Counted from the stretch's first letter, positions 40,084 to 50,324 are shown. The stretch: DNA of 64,000 bases from Candidatus Heimdallarchaeota archaeon (GCA_018238155.1 JABCTZ010000036.1:96001-160000); one strand, 5' to 3'. Notes: generated by a model not told the origin, from the letters alone. Made by a program: numbers and translations.

Positions 40084-41073
40084 TCATTTGATAATGACCT
40101 TTTCTGGCAAATGTACAGCAAATGTACAGTGAGTATGACCATTTAAAGCAGTTTCAAAAGGTTCGATTCTTATTGGCTGCTCAAATAACTGTTCGTAATA
40201 ATCCTTATACCAACCGCCACTACACTGACAGAAGTGTTTTGAAACCTCTTGCTCCGTTCCATCTTTTATGGCTCCACGTACCCATGGGCAGAAACAAGCA
40301 TAAAACCGTTTCATTCTCTCATCATTTGTCTCGAGTAGCTTCTTAGTTTGATATGGATTTTTGGTTACAAAGATTATGTTCCCTTCTCTTTTTCCAAGAG
40401 CAGCTGTCTTGTTGTTTTTGACGTATTCAACAACATCATCATCAACAATTTGAGCAAATGCTAAAGTTCCTTCATTTCTATGTTTCTCAAATTCCTTTAC
40501 TTTTTCTAACCGTTTCTTTTCGAGAAAAGCATCTATACCAAATTCATGATAGTCCTTTCGATCCTTTTTCATATCTCCTCCTAGACCTCCATGCAAACAA
40601 GGTTTTAGCAACTCAATTAATTTCTTTTCCCCAAGTTTCTCTTCTGCACGTTTCAAAATAGCTTTTGTGAATTGAGGTTTCTTCTCCGGATGAATGCCTA
40701 ATGATGGTATGGTTAACCCAGCAAAGATTTCATCTCTAATTTCTTCACTATGCCATTCAGCTATTCTTGCAGAAAGATTATCCATTGCGTTATGTGATTC
40801 GAAAATATCTATTGTTGCTTCAATAAAATCATTTCTCTTAGTAAAGTACGCGTAATTAAATAAAGCCAATAGGAATGTTAACACATCATCCTTTTCTTGT
40901 TTAACTAAATATTCTGTATAATCTACTACTTTATTGACCTCTACAGTATCAATAGTCTGTTGTTGTTTCTTGAGATATTTTTGATATTCTTTTAAGCTCT
41001 CTAAATATTTTCCAATTTTCTTTTCATCTGCTTTTTTGTTTACTAAATATTCCCTGAATTTTTTCTCATTCAT
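40084..41073 (-). CDS. Cys-rich hypothetical protein (DUF6144/V4R-like C-terminus)
   Basis: PCLHGG, YACFCPW, FCQCSGGW, HCTFAV. Confidence 0.7.
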   Translation of the reverse strand: MNEKKFREYLVNKKADEKKIGKYLESLKEYQKYLKKQQQTIDTVEVNKVVDYTEYLVKQEKDDVLTFLLALFNYAYFTKRNDFIEATIDIFESHNAMDNLSARIAEWHSEEIRDEIFAGLTIPSLGIHPEKKPQFTKAILKRAEEKLGEKKLIELLKPCLHGGLGGDMKKDRKDYHEFGIDAFLEKKRLEKVKEFEKHRNEGTLAFAQIVDDDVVEYVKNNKTAALGKREGNIIFVTKNPYQTKKLLETNDERMKRFYACFCPWVRGAIKDGTEQEVSKHFCQCSGGWYKDYYEQLFEQPIRIEPFETALNGHTHCTFAVHLPEKVIIK

Positions 41074-41247
41074 CTCTATTCACATCAAATAATTTTCTAT
41101 TTCATGCTAATAGCTATTATATCTGAATTTAAACTTTCGCAGAAACTTTAGAATTCTTTCTTAAACATTTGAGAAAACATCCGCCAACCAAAAATCTAAC
41201 AAAAACCTCAAAAACTAGACAAAGTAAGTATTTTTTGAATAAAAAAA

Positions 41248-42519
41248 ATGGAGAAAATAATTTTGAAAATCAATAAAGAGATACAAGCATTCTTACAAGA
41301 ATATGCGAAGAAACGGTTTCTTGAATATGTAAAAATAGATACAACATCAGATGAAAATACCGGCACTTTTCCATCTACTGAAAGACAATTTAATCTAGCA
41401 AAAATCTTAGCAAAAGAACTGAAAGATTTGGGATTTCAGAATGTATCGATGGATGAGTTTTGCTATGTTTATGGAGATCTTCCTGCAACTAAAGGATTAG
41501 AAAAAGTTCAAGCATTTGGGTTAGTTGCTCATATGGATACTTCTCCTGCTGTAAGTGGTTCAAATGTTGAGCCTGTAATTCACAAAAACTATAATGGAAA
41601 ACCAATCAAATATCCAAAAAATAATGACATTCAACTAACAATAGAAGACTCTCCTGAATTGAAGAAATTTATTGGAATGGATATTATTACTTCTTCTGGT
41701 GATACTCTTTTAGGAGCAGACGATAAATCGGGTATAGCCGGAATTATGGCTGCAGCTGCAGCATGGCAAAAATACCCTGAATTAGAACATGGTCCAATAG
41801 TTATTTGTTTTACACCTGATGAAGAAATTGGTCATGGTACAACAAAAATAAACATGGAACGATTGCCCAACTTTTGTTATACTTTTGATGGAGGAGAAAT
41901 TGGTGAATTAGAGCTTGAGTGTTTTGATGCTTGGAAAGCGACAATTATTTTTAAGGGAGTAAGTGTTCATCCCGGCTACTCCAAAAACCTCATGGTCAAT
42001 GCAATTGAAATAGCTTGCAGATTTGCGTCTCAAATTCCTGAAGCAGAAACACCACAAAATACTGAAAAGAGAGAAGGTTTTTATCATTTATATACAATGG
42101 ATGGTAATTGTGTAAAAGCTCGAATAGTCTTTATTTTGAGAGATTTTGAGAAGGTGAATAATGAGAAAAGGATGACTTATCTAACTAAATTAAAAGAGAC
42201 TTTTGAAGAAAGATATCCTGGATTAACAATTGAATTAGATTTTGTTCATAGCTACGAAAATATGATTATCTATCTAAAAGAGCATCCTGACATTATCTCA
42301 AAAGCTGCTGAAGCAATCAAGCAAGCGGGTTTAGAATTAAATAAAACTTTGATTCGAGGTGGGACTGATGGTGCAAGATTGAGTGCTAGAGGCATTCCAA
42401 CTCCAAATATCTTTGCAGGAGGTGTTTTGTTTCATTCCTTGAAAGAATATATCCCAGTTCCTGCATTACAAAAATCTGCAGAAGTTGTTCTTTATCTAGC
42501 AAAAAATTGGGCAGTTTAG
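41248..42519 (+). CDS. pepT: Peptidase T (tripeptide aminopeptidase, M20B)
   Basis: YVKIDTTSD, AHMDTS, LLGADDKSG, FTPDEEIG, HPG, RGGTDG, FHS..EY. Confidence 0.95.
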   Translation: MEKIILKINKEIQAFLQEYAKKRFLEYVKIDTTSDENTGTFPSTERQFNLAKILAKELKDLGFQNVSMDEFCYVYGDLPATKGLEKVQAFGLVAHMDTSPAVSGSNVEPVIHKNYNGKPIKYPKNNDIQLTIEDSPELKKFIGMDIITSSGDTLLGADDKSGIAGIMAAAAAWQKYPELEHGPIVICFTPDEEIGHGTTKINMERLPNFCYTFDGGEIGELELECFDAWKATIIFKGVSVHPGYSKNLMVNAIEIACRFASQIPEAETPQNTEKREGFYHLYTMDGNCVKARIVFILRDFEKVNNEKRMTYLTKLKETFEERYPGLTIELDFVHSYENMIIYLKEHPDIISKAAEAIKQAGLELNKTLIRGGTDGARLSARGIPTPNIFAGGVLFHSLKEYIPVPALQKSAEVVLYLAKNWAV

Positions 42520-42735
42520 TATAATGTGGTAAAACAGCTAAATATCTCTATAAAAGTTAGAATTTAATTTCCAATATGTTCTAATCTTTACAGATTATTT
42601 TAATTTCAAATAAAACTAATATATTCAACAAGCAAAAATGATTTTTTTCTTTTTTTTAATAAATTACCTGGTTTATGAGCAAAATAGACAGTATTTTTTT
42701 ATCTAGTAAAACCACAGATACACGAGGAAAATGAA

Positions 42736-43143
42736 ATGAGAGTTGTTGAAATCGTACGAGTAGATGCTCGTGGAAGAATCACAATGCCAGCATCACTTCG
42801 AGAAACAATTGGTATTGCAGAAGGAATGCATGTAATGCTGATAGGTGATTTAGAAAAACTTGAAGTTCGACTGTTGCCTTTTGCTGATCCTGAAGCAGAT
42901 CTATATGAGCTGCATATTACACTTACTGATAAACCGGGTTCACTTGCAGAGATGGCTGCTTTTTTAGCTGAAAATAAGATAGATCTGTTATCAAGCCAAT
43001 CTAGAACTTTGAGGCGAGGTAAATCTGCAGAATGGTATCTTATAGTTGATATCTCTAAAAGTAGAAATGATTTAGAAAATGTTTGTGCTACTATTTCTGC
43101 ATCAGATGCAGCAGAAACAGCTGTCTATAAAAAATTCCAATAA
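42736..43143 (+). CDS. AbrB/MazE-type DNA-binding + ACT domain regulator
   Basis: RVDARGRITMPASLRETIGI..G followed by the ACT motif DKPGSLA. Confidence 0.85.
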   Translation: MRVVEIVRVDARGRITMPASLRETIGIAEGMHVMLIGDLEKLEVRLLPFADPEADLYELHITLTDKPGSLAEMAAFLAENKIDLLSSQSRTLRRGKSAEWYLIVDISKSRNDLENVCATISASDAAETAVYKKFQ

Positions 43144-43318
43144 AATGATAAATTGTGTTGAATATTAGGTCATTTTTCAACCTTTTTTCTTTCTTCATTC
43201 ACTCAATTTAGGTTTTCATTCAAAACTTTTAATTATAAAAAAAAGTATTTCTTTAATGGGATACATTCAAAATGATTTATTCAATCAATATGGCTTGCTT
43301 GGAGCGTGTAAGTAAGAA

Positions 43319-44110
43319 ATGAGTAATGAAGAAAAATCATCTAAAAAAGTTAAATCAACAAAGGGTACTGCTAAAACGAAAAAAACATCAACTAGTTCAA
43401 CAAAGAAGAAAACATCCTCTTCGACTAAAAAGAAAGTAAGTAAACAACCAAAAACAAAACCAAAACAACCAAAGAAAGAGGATTTTGAAGCAGGTGGTGT
43501 TGATGATTCTCTCCTCCTAGATGGAATTAATTATATTGAGGATAACAAACTAGATACTGCTTTGGAAGCATTTGAAGATTTCACTAATAAATACCCAAAA
43601 AATCACTTCGGTTGGTATTACATCGGGTACACAAAGATGCTTCAAGATAAGAAAAAAATCGCTGTGAAGAATTTCAAAAAAGCTTCTAAATTGAATAATA
43701 CCTTTTTACCAAGTTTGTATTATGAAGGGTTAGTAGAGTTTGAAAACAATAATTTTGTTGACGCATTGAAAGTTTTTGATGGTATAATGGAGAAATTCAA
43801 TTCTGATGTAATTAAAGACAGTAATTTTAATATTCCATATTTCATTGGGATTTGCCATCATTATTTGGGTAATCTACAACGAGCAGAAGAATATTTCTTA
43901 TTTGCCTACAATATGTCTCCTGATGATCCTGTTGTGCTCTATTACAAAGGATTCAATGAATTAGCTATGAGAAATTATGATTTTGCTATGGAAACGTTCA
44001 AAAATTTATTGATGGTAGATATGAATTATCAAACTTTTTGGGATTTGGTAAAAGGCTACAGTTATTACTATCACCAAGCAGATGATAAAAAAAATTCAGA
44101 AGAAGAATAA
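43319..44110 (+). CDS. TPR protein with K/S/T-rich N-terminal tail
   Basis: WYYIG...A...F..A....P-type TPRs; N-terminal low-complexity SSTKKK repeats. Confidence 0.8.
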   Translation: MSNEEKSSKKVKSTKGTAKTKKTSTSSTKKKTSSSTKKKVSKQPKTKPKQPKKEDFEAGGVDDSLLLDGINYIEDNKLDTALEAFEDFTNKYPKNHFGWYYIGYTKMLQDKKKIAVKNFKKASKLNNTFLPSLYYEGLVEFENNNFVDALKVFDGIMEKFNSDVIKDSNFNIPYFIGICHHYLGNLQRAEEYFLFAYNMSPDDPVVLYYKGFNELAMRNYDFAMETFKNLLMVDMNYQTFWDLVKGYSYYYHQADDKKNSEEE

Positions 44111-44222
44111 TCTATCCTTCTTCAATTATTTTCTCTTTTTGAATTACATTTTTTAGAGAAGAAATTTATTTAAAGCATTTGTAGTTAGAACATCTGCTAG
44201 AAGAAGTCTTAAGAAAAAATAC

Positions 44223-46304
44223 TTGGAAGAAGAAACATTGACTACTAAAAAAATACGTTCACTCCTTTCTAATGAAGAACAAGAATTAATCAAATTAATT
44301 GGTTTCATCTCAAAAAGATATTCTTGGGAAACAAAAACACATCTCATACAAAGAGCTCAGTTGAAAAAGAAAAAGGATAAAAAAAGAACCAAATTTCTAC
44401 AAAAAATCGACTCAAAAAGAACTAAGCGTAAATATGTAGAGAGAATGAAGATACCTCTTCTTCCTTTACTTCTTAGTCAAGCTCTTACTCAAGGCATTCC
44501 TTTGAGAGAACCTCAACGAAAGAAAGGTAGCAGAGAAGAACCAAAACAATTGCTTGTTGATGTTCAAGAAAAATTCATTCCATCACAAGAATTCACTCAG
44601 TTTATTGAAGAGAATGATCTTTTCACTGAAAATGAATTTATTGAAGATTTACCTTTAAAAGACTTACAATTTATCTCCGACAAAATTTATTTACAGAGAA
44701 TAGATGCTGATAATTCTAAGATTCTCGTAAAAATGTATGTTAATTGGGGATACCTCTCTGAAGATAAATTGCCTTTATTTATTGATAAAAATGGGAATGA
44801 ACTTGCATATTGTTTAATTCATGTTTCTGATATTGAAAATAAATCGGTAGCTGTTTTCCCTTTAACACATAGATCACATTATCTTAGTGATATTGAAAAG
44901 ACAGCAGATTCATTATTTATTGGTATGATTTCTGAATTGAAACCAAATACAAAGTACAAGTATAGAATTGAATGCTATAAGAAAGAATGTTCTACCATTT
45001 TTGCTAGAACTAAATTATTTGCTTTTAGAACATCATTTAACTTGAATGAAAAAAACAAGCCAATTTTCTTCTCAGTAAGTTCAGATTTGCATGGAGGAAG
45101 AGATGGTGGATTTTTGCGTGGAAAAGTTCAAGCTTCAATACCAATAGGAAACACCGATTTAGGGCGAGTATTTCGAAGTTTGGTAGCAACAGAACAAAAA
45201 ATCACCTTTGGAGAAGGGTATTCTTTAGCTGTGGCAACTGGTGATTTAACTGAAAATGCTTTCTACAGTGAATATTGGGCTGATTTATTTACAAGATGTA
45301 GTCCTTTGTGGAATCATGTCCCTCTTTTAACCACTATTGGAAACCATGATTATTACACTGGTGGCAAAGGTCGGGGGCATGTATTGGGTGGTTTAGATGA
45401 AGATTGTCGATATTGGCATAAATATATTACAAATCCAGTTACAGGTCCAGGTGTGTTGCCTGGTCATTGGTATTCAATTGATCAAGGTAACGTTCATATG
45501 ATTTTTCTTGATACAAACGGTACTGGTTGGGGAAAATACAACATTGATTGTAATTCTGCTCAATGGCATTGGCTCGAAAATGATTTGAAAACATGGCGAG
45601 AAAAATTAGATCGAGGAGAAAAAGCCCCTGAAACCTGTCTTGTTTTCTTCCATTCGGCAATTTTTAGTTGTGGATTTTGGGGGCAAGGATTTGATTGGGG
45701 TAATGATGAAAAAGTTCAATCATACCTTACTCCCTTATTTAGAAAATATGGTGTAAGGATGGTACTCTTTGGACATGATCATATTTACCAGCGAACAAAA
45801 TGGATGAATACCCACTACCTTGTAAATGGACGTCATGGAGGAACAATGAGACCCGATTTCTTTTTCTTGAGAAACCGTGCATTATTTGATATTAATAGAT
45901 CGAGTAACAATAGAACTACAAGAGTTTATACTACATTTTATGTTCCTCCAAATAACAAACACTCTACAGATGAAGATCAAAGTGATTTTGTACTCTTCAA
46001 GAAAAAAATTCGCAATCAATTATTGAGTGAACCTACAAGCAGTTTCTTTTTCTTTGGACTTAGGAGAAATAATGTTCAAATTGGACGTATTTTTGATAAA
46101 CACAAGGAGAAAAAAGAGAAGCTTATCGATGATTTTATTCTGCCAAAGTTGGACACTCATTTATGGTTGAGAGCATTTGCTGTAGAACTGAACTCAGAAC
46201 CCAACGAAATGGAAATATTCGATATGGCATTTATTAGAATGACACCAATTGATACACAAGATAAACACTACATCTTCTCCTGCCCGGAGAAAGTAGTTAA
46301 TTGA
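44223..46304 (+). CDS. Purple-acid-phosphatase-like metallophosphoesterase with FN3-like domain and long N-terminal extension
   Basis: ELKPNTKYKYRI (FN3), SDLH, TGDL, IGNHD, FFHS, FGHDHIYQR. Confidence 0.85.
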   Translation: MEEETLTTKKIRSLLSNEEQELIKLIGFISKRYSWETKTHLIQRAQLKKKKDKKRTKFLQKIDSKRTKRKYVERMKIPLLPLLLSQALTQGIPLREPQRKKGSREEPKQLLVDVQEKFIPSQEFTQFIEENDLFTENEFIEDLPLKDLQFISDKIYLQRIDADNSKILVKMYVNWGYLSEDKLPLFIDKNGNELAYCLIHVSDIENKSVAVFPLTHRSHYLSDIEKTADSLFIGMISELKPNTKYKYRIECYKKECSTIFARTKLFAFRTSFNLNEKNKPIFFSVSSDLHGGRDGGFLRGKVQASIPIGNTDLGRVFRSLVATEQKITFGEGYSLAVATGDLTENAFYSEYWADLFTRCSPLWNHVPLLTTIGNHDYYTGGKGRGHVLGGLDEDCRYWHKYITNPVTGPGVLPGHWYSIDQGNVHMIFLDTNGTGWGKYNIDCNSAQWHWLENDLKTWREKLDRGEKAPETCLVFFHSAIFSCGFWGQGFDWGNDEKVQSYLTPLFRKYGVRMVLFGHDHIYQRTKWMNTHYLVNGRHGGTMRPDFFFLRNRALFDINRSSNNRTTRVYTTFYVPPNNKHSTDEDQSDFVLFKKKIRNQLLSEPTSSFFFFGLRRNNVQIGRIFDKHKEKKEKLIDDFILPKLDTHLWLRAFAVELNSEPNEMEIFDMAFIRMTPIDTQDKHYIFSCPEKVVN

Positions 46305-46328
46305 TTAAAGGCAGAAAGATAAGCTCAA

Positions 46329-47342
46329 ATGAGTATATGTGAAATGACACACGAAAAAATGATTGAAAAGGGAATGAATCTCCTTTCTAAAAACCGAATT
46401 GAAGAAGCAATAAGAGAATTCAAAGCTGCTCTTAATATTGATCCCTCAAATTATGAGGGTTTATTGAATATCGGAATTGCATATGGTAGACTTGGCAACC
46501 ATCAAGAAGCAATAGTTTGGTTAAAGAAACTATTGAATTCTTTTCCAGATGATGCTAAGACTCTCTTTAATATTGGCATTGGTTATCGAGAATTAGGTAA
46601 TATAGAAAACGCAATAGAATATTCAAAAAGATCTGTTAATTCAAACCCACTAAATCTAGATGCGTGGTTAAATCTCGCTATTATTTACTTTCAGCAACAA
46701 GAATATGAATCAGCTGCGGGTGCATTTGAGAAGGTTTTAGTAATAAAACCGGAAGATGAAAAAATTTGGGAAAGCTTGGGTTTATGCTATTTAAAGTGGA
46801 ATAAATATAATAAGGCAATCGAATCATTCACAAAATCAATCAATTTTGAACATGTGAGACCTACTGCTTGGAATAATCGAGGAAAAGCATATCAAGAAAA
46901 CAAACAATACTCAGAAGCAATAAATGACTACAAAGAAGCATTGAAATTACGACCTGATTATAGTTACTCTTTAATGGGTTCTGGAGTTTCAAATTTACTT
47001 TTAGGTAACTTTACAGAAGCGATTAAATTTTTCAAAAAAGTAACCAAATTATATCCAGAGGAATTATCTGCTTGGACTGAACTTGCTACTGCTTATGAGT
47101 TAAATGAGAATTTCCAAGGAGCAAGAGATACGTATTTGGAGCTTTTAAAAAGTCAACCAGATAATGAAATGATTCTACTTGAACTAGCAAATATTCACTT
47201 GAAACTTAATGAAGAAAAAAAGGTGCTAAAAATTTTCAGTAAATTAATTTCTGTTACTCCTGAGAATAAAGAAATTATTCGTAGCATTCCAGCATTCAAA
47301 GAATTAATGCATAAAAAAGAATTCAAGAGTTTGTTGAAATGA
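46329..47342 (+). CDS. Tetratricopeptide repeat protein
   Basis: About nine canonical 34-aa TPRs. Confidence 0.9.
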   Translation: MSICEMTHEKMIEKGMNLLSKNRIEEAIREFKAALNIDPSNYEGLLNIGIAYGRLGNHQEAIVWLKKLLNSFPDDAKTLFNIGIGYRELGNIENAIEYSKRSVNSNPLNLDAWLNLAIIYFQQQEYESAAGAFEKVLVIKPEDEKIWESLGLCYLKWNKYNKAIESFTKSINFEHVRPTAWNNRGKAYQENKQYSEAINDYKEALKLRPDYSYSLMGSGVSNLLLGNFTEAIKFFKKVTKLYPEELSAWTELATAYELNENFQGARDTYLELLKSQPDNEMILLELANIHLKLNEEKKVLKIFSKLISVTPENKEIIRSIPAFKELMHKKEFKSLLK

Positions 47343-47442
47343 AAAGTTGATTATTCAAATTCTGTTTTCTTTTGAGAGGAAACTTTATATCAAGAATGAA
47401 TCAATTTGAATCTGATAACTTATGTTTTTTAGGTGAATAACC

Positions 47443-48723
47443 TTGGTTGATCTTAAGAAGAAATTACTAATATCAGACGATAAGCTAAAAACTATCAATG
47501 ATTTCTTTCTCAAAGAAGATAATCCGGTGATAGATGATTTATTAGCCGTTGTTGAAAAATACGGCGGTGTTGAAGAAATAAACAAAAAAGCTAACGAAGC
47601 ACGTAAATTGGATACTTTGCTAGCTAAATTGGAAAAAGTAAAACCAGAGTATGTTAAAGATTTGAACTGGTTAATAGAACAACGAGATAATGGTGCATTC
47701 ATTAGTATAGCTGATTATCGCAAAAAGATTCTCGGTGATAAAGCAGCTACAATGACTTTTGATGAGTCGTATGCAGTTACTCTTGAAATAAGTGCTTGTC
47801 AATACTTTCCATTTTTAATGGCTGAAGCAAAACAAGCAATTGAGAAGCAAGAATTAATGCCTGCAAGATATATTCGCGTCAGAAAAATGAAAGAACAAGA
47901 AGAAGATGGTGACATTCTTGCAATGGCTGCAGCAATGCAGATTATTGACGCATCTTATGTAGAAACCTTGGATACAAAAGGAACTGCTCCCGGACCTGAT
48001 GGCGCACCTGTAAATGTTCATCTTGGTGGTCCAGCTACTATTACTGGCTATTTCGGTGGAGTTGGTCAACCAAATGATTTTGGCATTAAATGGATTGACG
48101 AATTCTTGTATTATTACACTGAATATGGCATTAAGCAAGTTTTGAACATCAATCCTGGTACAGTCTTGCTTGGATATATGTTACACAAATTAGGTGTTGA
48201 TATGGAATTCAAAATCTCAGTTTTTATGGGAAATGATAATCCATACGCCTGTTTCTGGACATTAATGACAGCAAAACTCTTTAGCAGAGATGATGGGACA
48301 AGTCCATTGATTGGTTTTAATCTATCGAATTCTGTTAACAATAAAACTATGGAAGTCACTGCAGACTTTAGAAAAGATTTTGGTTTTGAAGACATAGTTC
48401 GATTTGAGCACCACATAACTGAAACATATAAGCACATTGTTAGACAACCATATGATCGAACAGATGAACTTGTAGAGTTAGCAAAGACTGTGAAAAATGT
48501 CAGTGCTAAACACGAAGGCGGGAAAGTGGCGATAGAAGAAACACGAAAATATCAATCTGATATTTTAGATTACTTTAGAGATAAATCTGAAGTAATTGAA
48601 AAAGGGGATATGGAAAATATGATGATCAATTATCTAGACAAACATCATTCATTGAATTTCACTGCAGAAGCTTTAACCAAGAACGGTTTGACCTTTATAG
48701 CTGCAGGAAAATTACACAAATGA
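47443..48723 (+). CDS. Conserved hypothetical protein, possibly a U32-like TIM barrel
   Basis: Long ORF with enzyme-like Gly/His motifs (NVHLGGPATITGYFGGVGQPND, FKISVFMGNDNP, RFEHH, SAKHEGG); 25 bp upstream of the DapA-Fae gene. Confidence 0.7.
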   Translation: MVDLKKKLLISDDKLKTINDFFLKEDNPVIDDLLAVVEKYGGVEEINKKANEARKLDTLLAKLEKVKPEYVKDLNWLIEQRDNGAFISIADYRKKILGDKAATMTFDESYAVTLEISACQYFPFLMAEAKQAIEKQELMPARYIRVRKMKEQEEDGDILAMAAAMQIIDASYVETLDTKGTAPGPDGAPVNVHLGGPATITGYFGGVGQPNDFGIKWIDEFLYYYTEYGIKQVLNINPGTVLLGYMLHKLGVDMEFKISVFMGNDNPYACFWTLMTAKLFSRDDGTSPLIGFNLSNSVNNKTMEVTADFRKDFGFEDIVRFEHHITETYKHIVRQPYDRTDELVELAKTVKNVSAKHEGGKVAIEETRKYQSDILDYFRDKSEVIEKGDMENMMINYLDKHHSLNFTAEALTKNGLTFIAAGKLHK

Positions 48724-48748
48724 AAAATGTTAATGGGAGCTGAAAATA

Positions 48749-50263
48749 TTGGCTAAATTCTTACCCGGAGGAGTCAGTCCAGCGTTAGTGACTCCTTTTA
48801 CTAAAAAAGATGAACTTGATGAAGAAGCTTATCGAAAACTGATCAGATTTGTTATCGATGACTTAGGTGTTACTGGAATTGTTCCTGCAGGCTCGACTGG
48901 AGAATTCTCCTCTCTCTTTTGGGATGAACAAAAGAGAATAATAGAAATTGCTGTTGAAGAAGCAAATGGAAAAGTAGATGTGATGGCTGGAACTGGTACT
49001 AGTGGTACTAAACGAACAATCGCAATGACCAAACATGCAAAAGATGTTGGTGCAGATGCTGCATTAGTTATTACTCCTTATTACATGAAACCAACCCAAA
49101 GAGGGTTGTACAAACATTACTCAACACTTGCAGATAAAGTTGATATGCCAATAATGGTGTATCAATTACCCGCTTTGACTGACGTAGTTTTACCGCGAAT
49201 GGTAGTCGAAGATTTAGCAGTTGAACATGAGAATATTGTTGGTATGAAATGTTCTTGGGGAAGCATGCCTTATCTTATGGAAATACTCGAGAGAGTAAAA
49301 CCTGTTGCCCCTGACTTTAAGATCTTGTGTGGTTGGGATGAAATTGTATTCCCAGCACTCGCAGCCGGTGTAGATGGATGTATCCTTGCTTCAGCTAATT
49401 TCATAGGAGACCATTGGGTTAAAATCAAGAAATTGGTTGATACCGGAAAATTCGTAGAAGCACGCAAAGCTGAAATGGAAATCCACAAGCTAACACGCAT
49501 AGCCGTGAAAACTGGTGGAGCAGGAGCAAAAGAAGCACTCAATATGATGGGCATTAAAGTACGAAAACCAAGACTACCATTAGAAATTGGTGGAAGTATC
49601 AGTCACGAGCTTCGTTCTGAATTGCGTCTTGAACTTGAGAGAATTGGTAAGATCAAGAAAGAAGTTAGAATTGCTTTACCAGAAACCAAAGAGAAAATCG
49701 AAGAACGATTTGGAGCTGTGGAAATTACTCTTGAAACAATCCTCCAAAACAAACTCTTGGTTGGTGAAGGCTTCTTTGGTGGTGATCGCCCAGAAATGGC
49801 TCATATAGATCTTCTAATTGGTCCTCGAGATGGACCAGTAGGAGTAGCTTTTGCAAAAGGTATTGCTTTAGTGAAAGACGATCCTTCTACAGTCGAAGGA
49901 CACGAACCATTATTAGCTCTTCTTGAAACCAATGAGTCTGTGAAACCTGAAACATTGTTAGTTCCAAAAGTATTCATCCGAAATCTACGACAAGCAGCAA
50001 TGGTTTTTGGACCAGTACAATCAGGTGTTGCTAAAGCAGTTATAGAATGTGTGAAAGATGGTTTTATTCCTGAAAAGTATGTGAAAGATCTAGTCATTAT
50101 TGCTAGTGTCTTTGTACATCCAACAGCTGTCTCAAGAAATCGAGTCTATGTGAATAACAAAAAAGCAACTGTTATGGCTATTAGGAACGCTATAGAAGGA
50201 AAACCAGATTTGGATTACTTGTTCGATGCTCCTGGAAGGCATCCACTAAAGAATGAACCATAA
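48749..50263 (+). CDS. DapA/NAL-family class I aldolase fused to a formaldehyde-activating enzyme (Fae) domain
   Basis: N-terminus: ALVTPF, GSTGEF, TPYY, VYQLP, GMKCS. From ~49754: VGEG..G...EMAHIDLLIGPRDGPVGVAF...GH.PLLA....VKP.TL.VPKV.I....QA..VFGP.Q.GVAKAV...V.DG.IP...VFVHP...N..AT..AI..A..G.P...HP. Confidence 0.9.
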   Translation: MAKFLPGGVSPALVTPFTKKDELDEEAYRKLIRFVIDDLGVTGIVPAGSTGEFSSLFWDEQKRIIEIAVEEANGKVDVMAGTGTSGTKRTIAMTKHAKDVGADAALVITPYYMKPTQRGLYKHYSTLADKVDMPIMVYQLPALTDVVLPRMVVEDLAVEHENIVGMKCSWGSMPYLMEILERVKPVAPDFKILCGWDEIVFPALAAGVDGCILASANFIGDHWVKIKKLVDTGKFVEARKAEMEIHKLTRIAVKTGGAGAKEALNMMGIKVRKPRLPLEIGGSISHELRSELRLELERIGKIKKEVRIALPETKEKIEERFGAVEITLETILQNKLLVGEGFFGGDRPEMAHIDLLIGPRDGPVGVAFAKGIALVKDDPSTVEGHEPLLALLETNESVKPETLLVPKVFIRNLRQAAMVFGPVQSGVAKAVIECVKDGFIPEKYVKDLVIIASVFVHPTAVSRNRVYVNNKKATVMAIRNAIEGKPDLDYLFDAPGRHPLKNEP

Positions 50264-50324
50264 ATCTCATTCTTTTCTCTCTCTTTTTTGAGCAATCGAT
50301 TTTTTTCATCTACTCAGATCGTTT

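Noticed and set aside
48749-49650. Annotation as dapA, implying lysine biosynthesis together with the LysA-like gene
   Set aside because: Lacks the DHDPS Arg, is fused to Fae, and has no dapB/asd nearby. The LysA-like gene lacks the CE motif.
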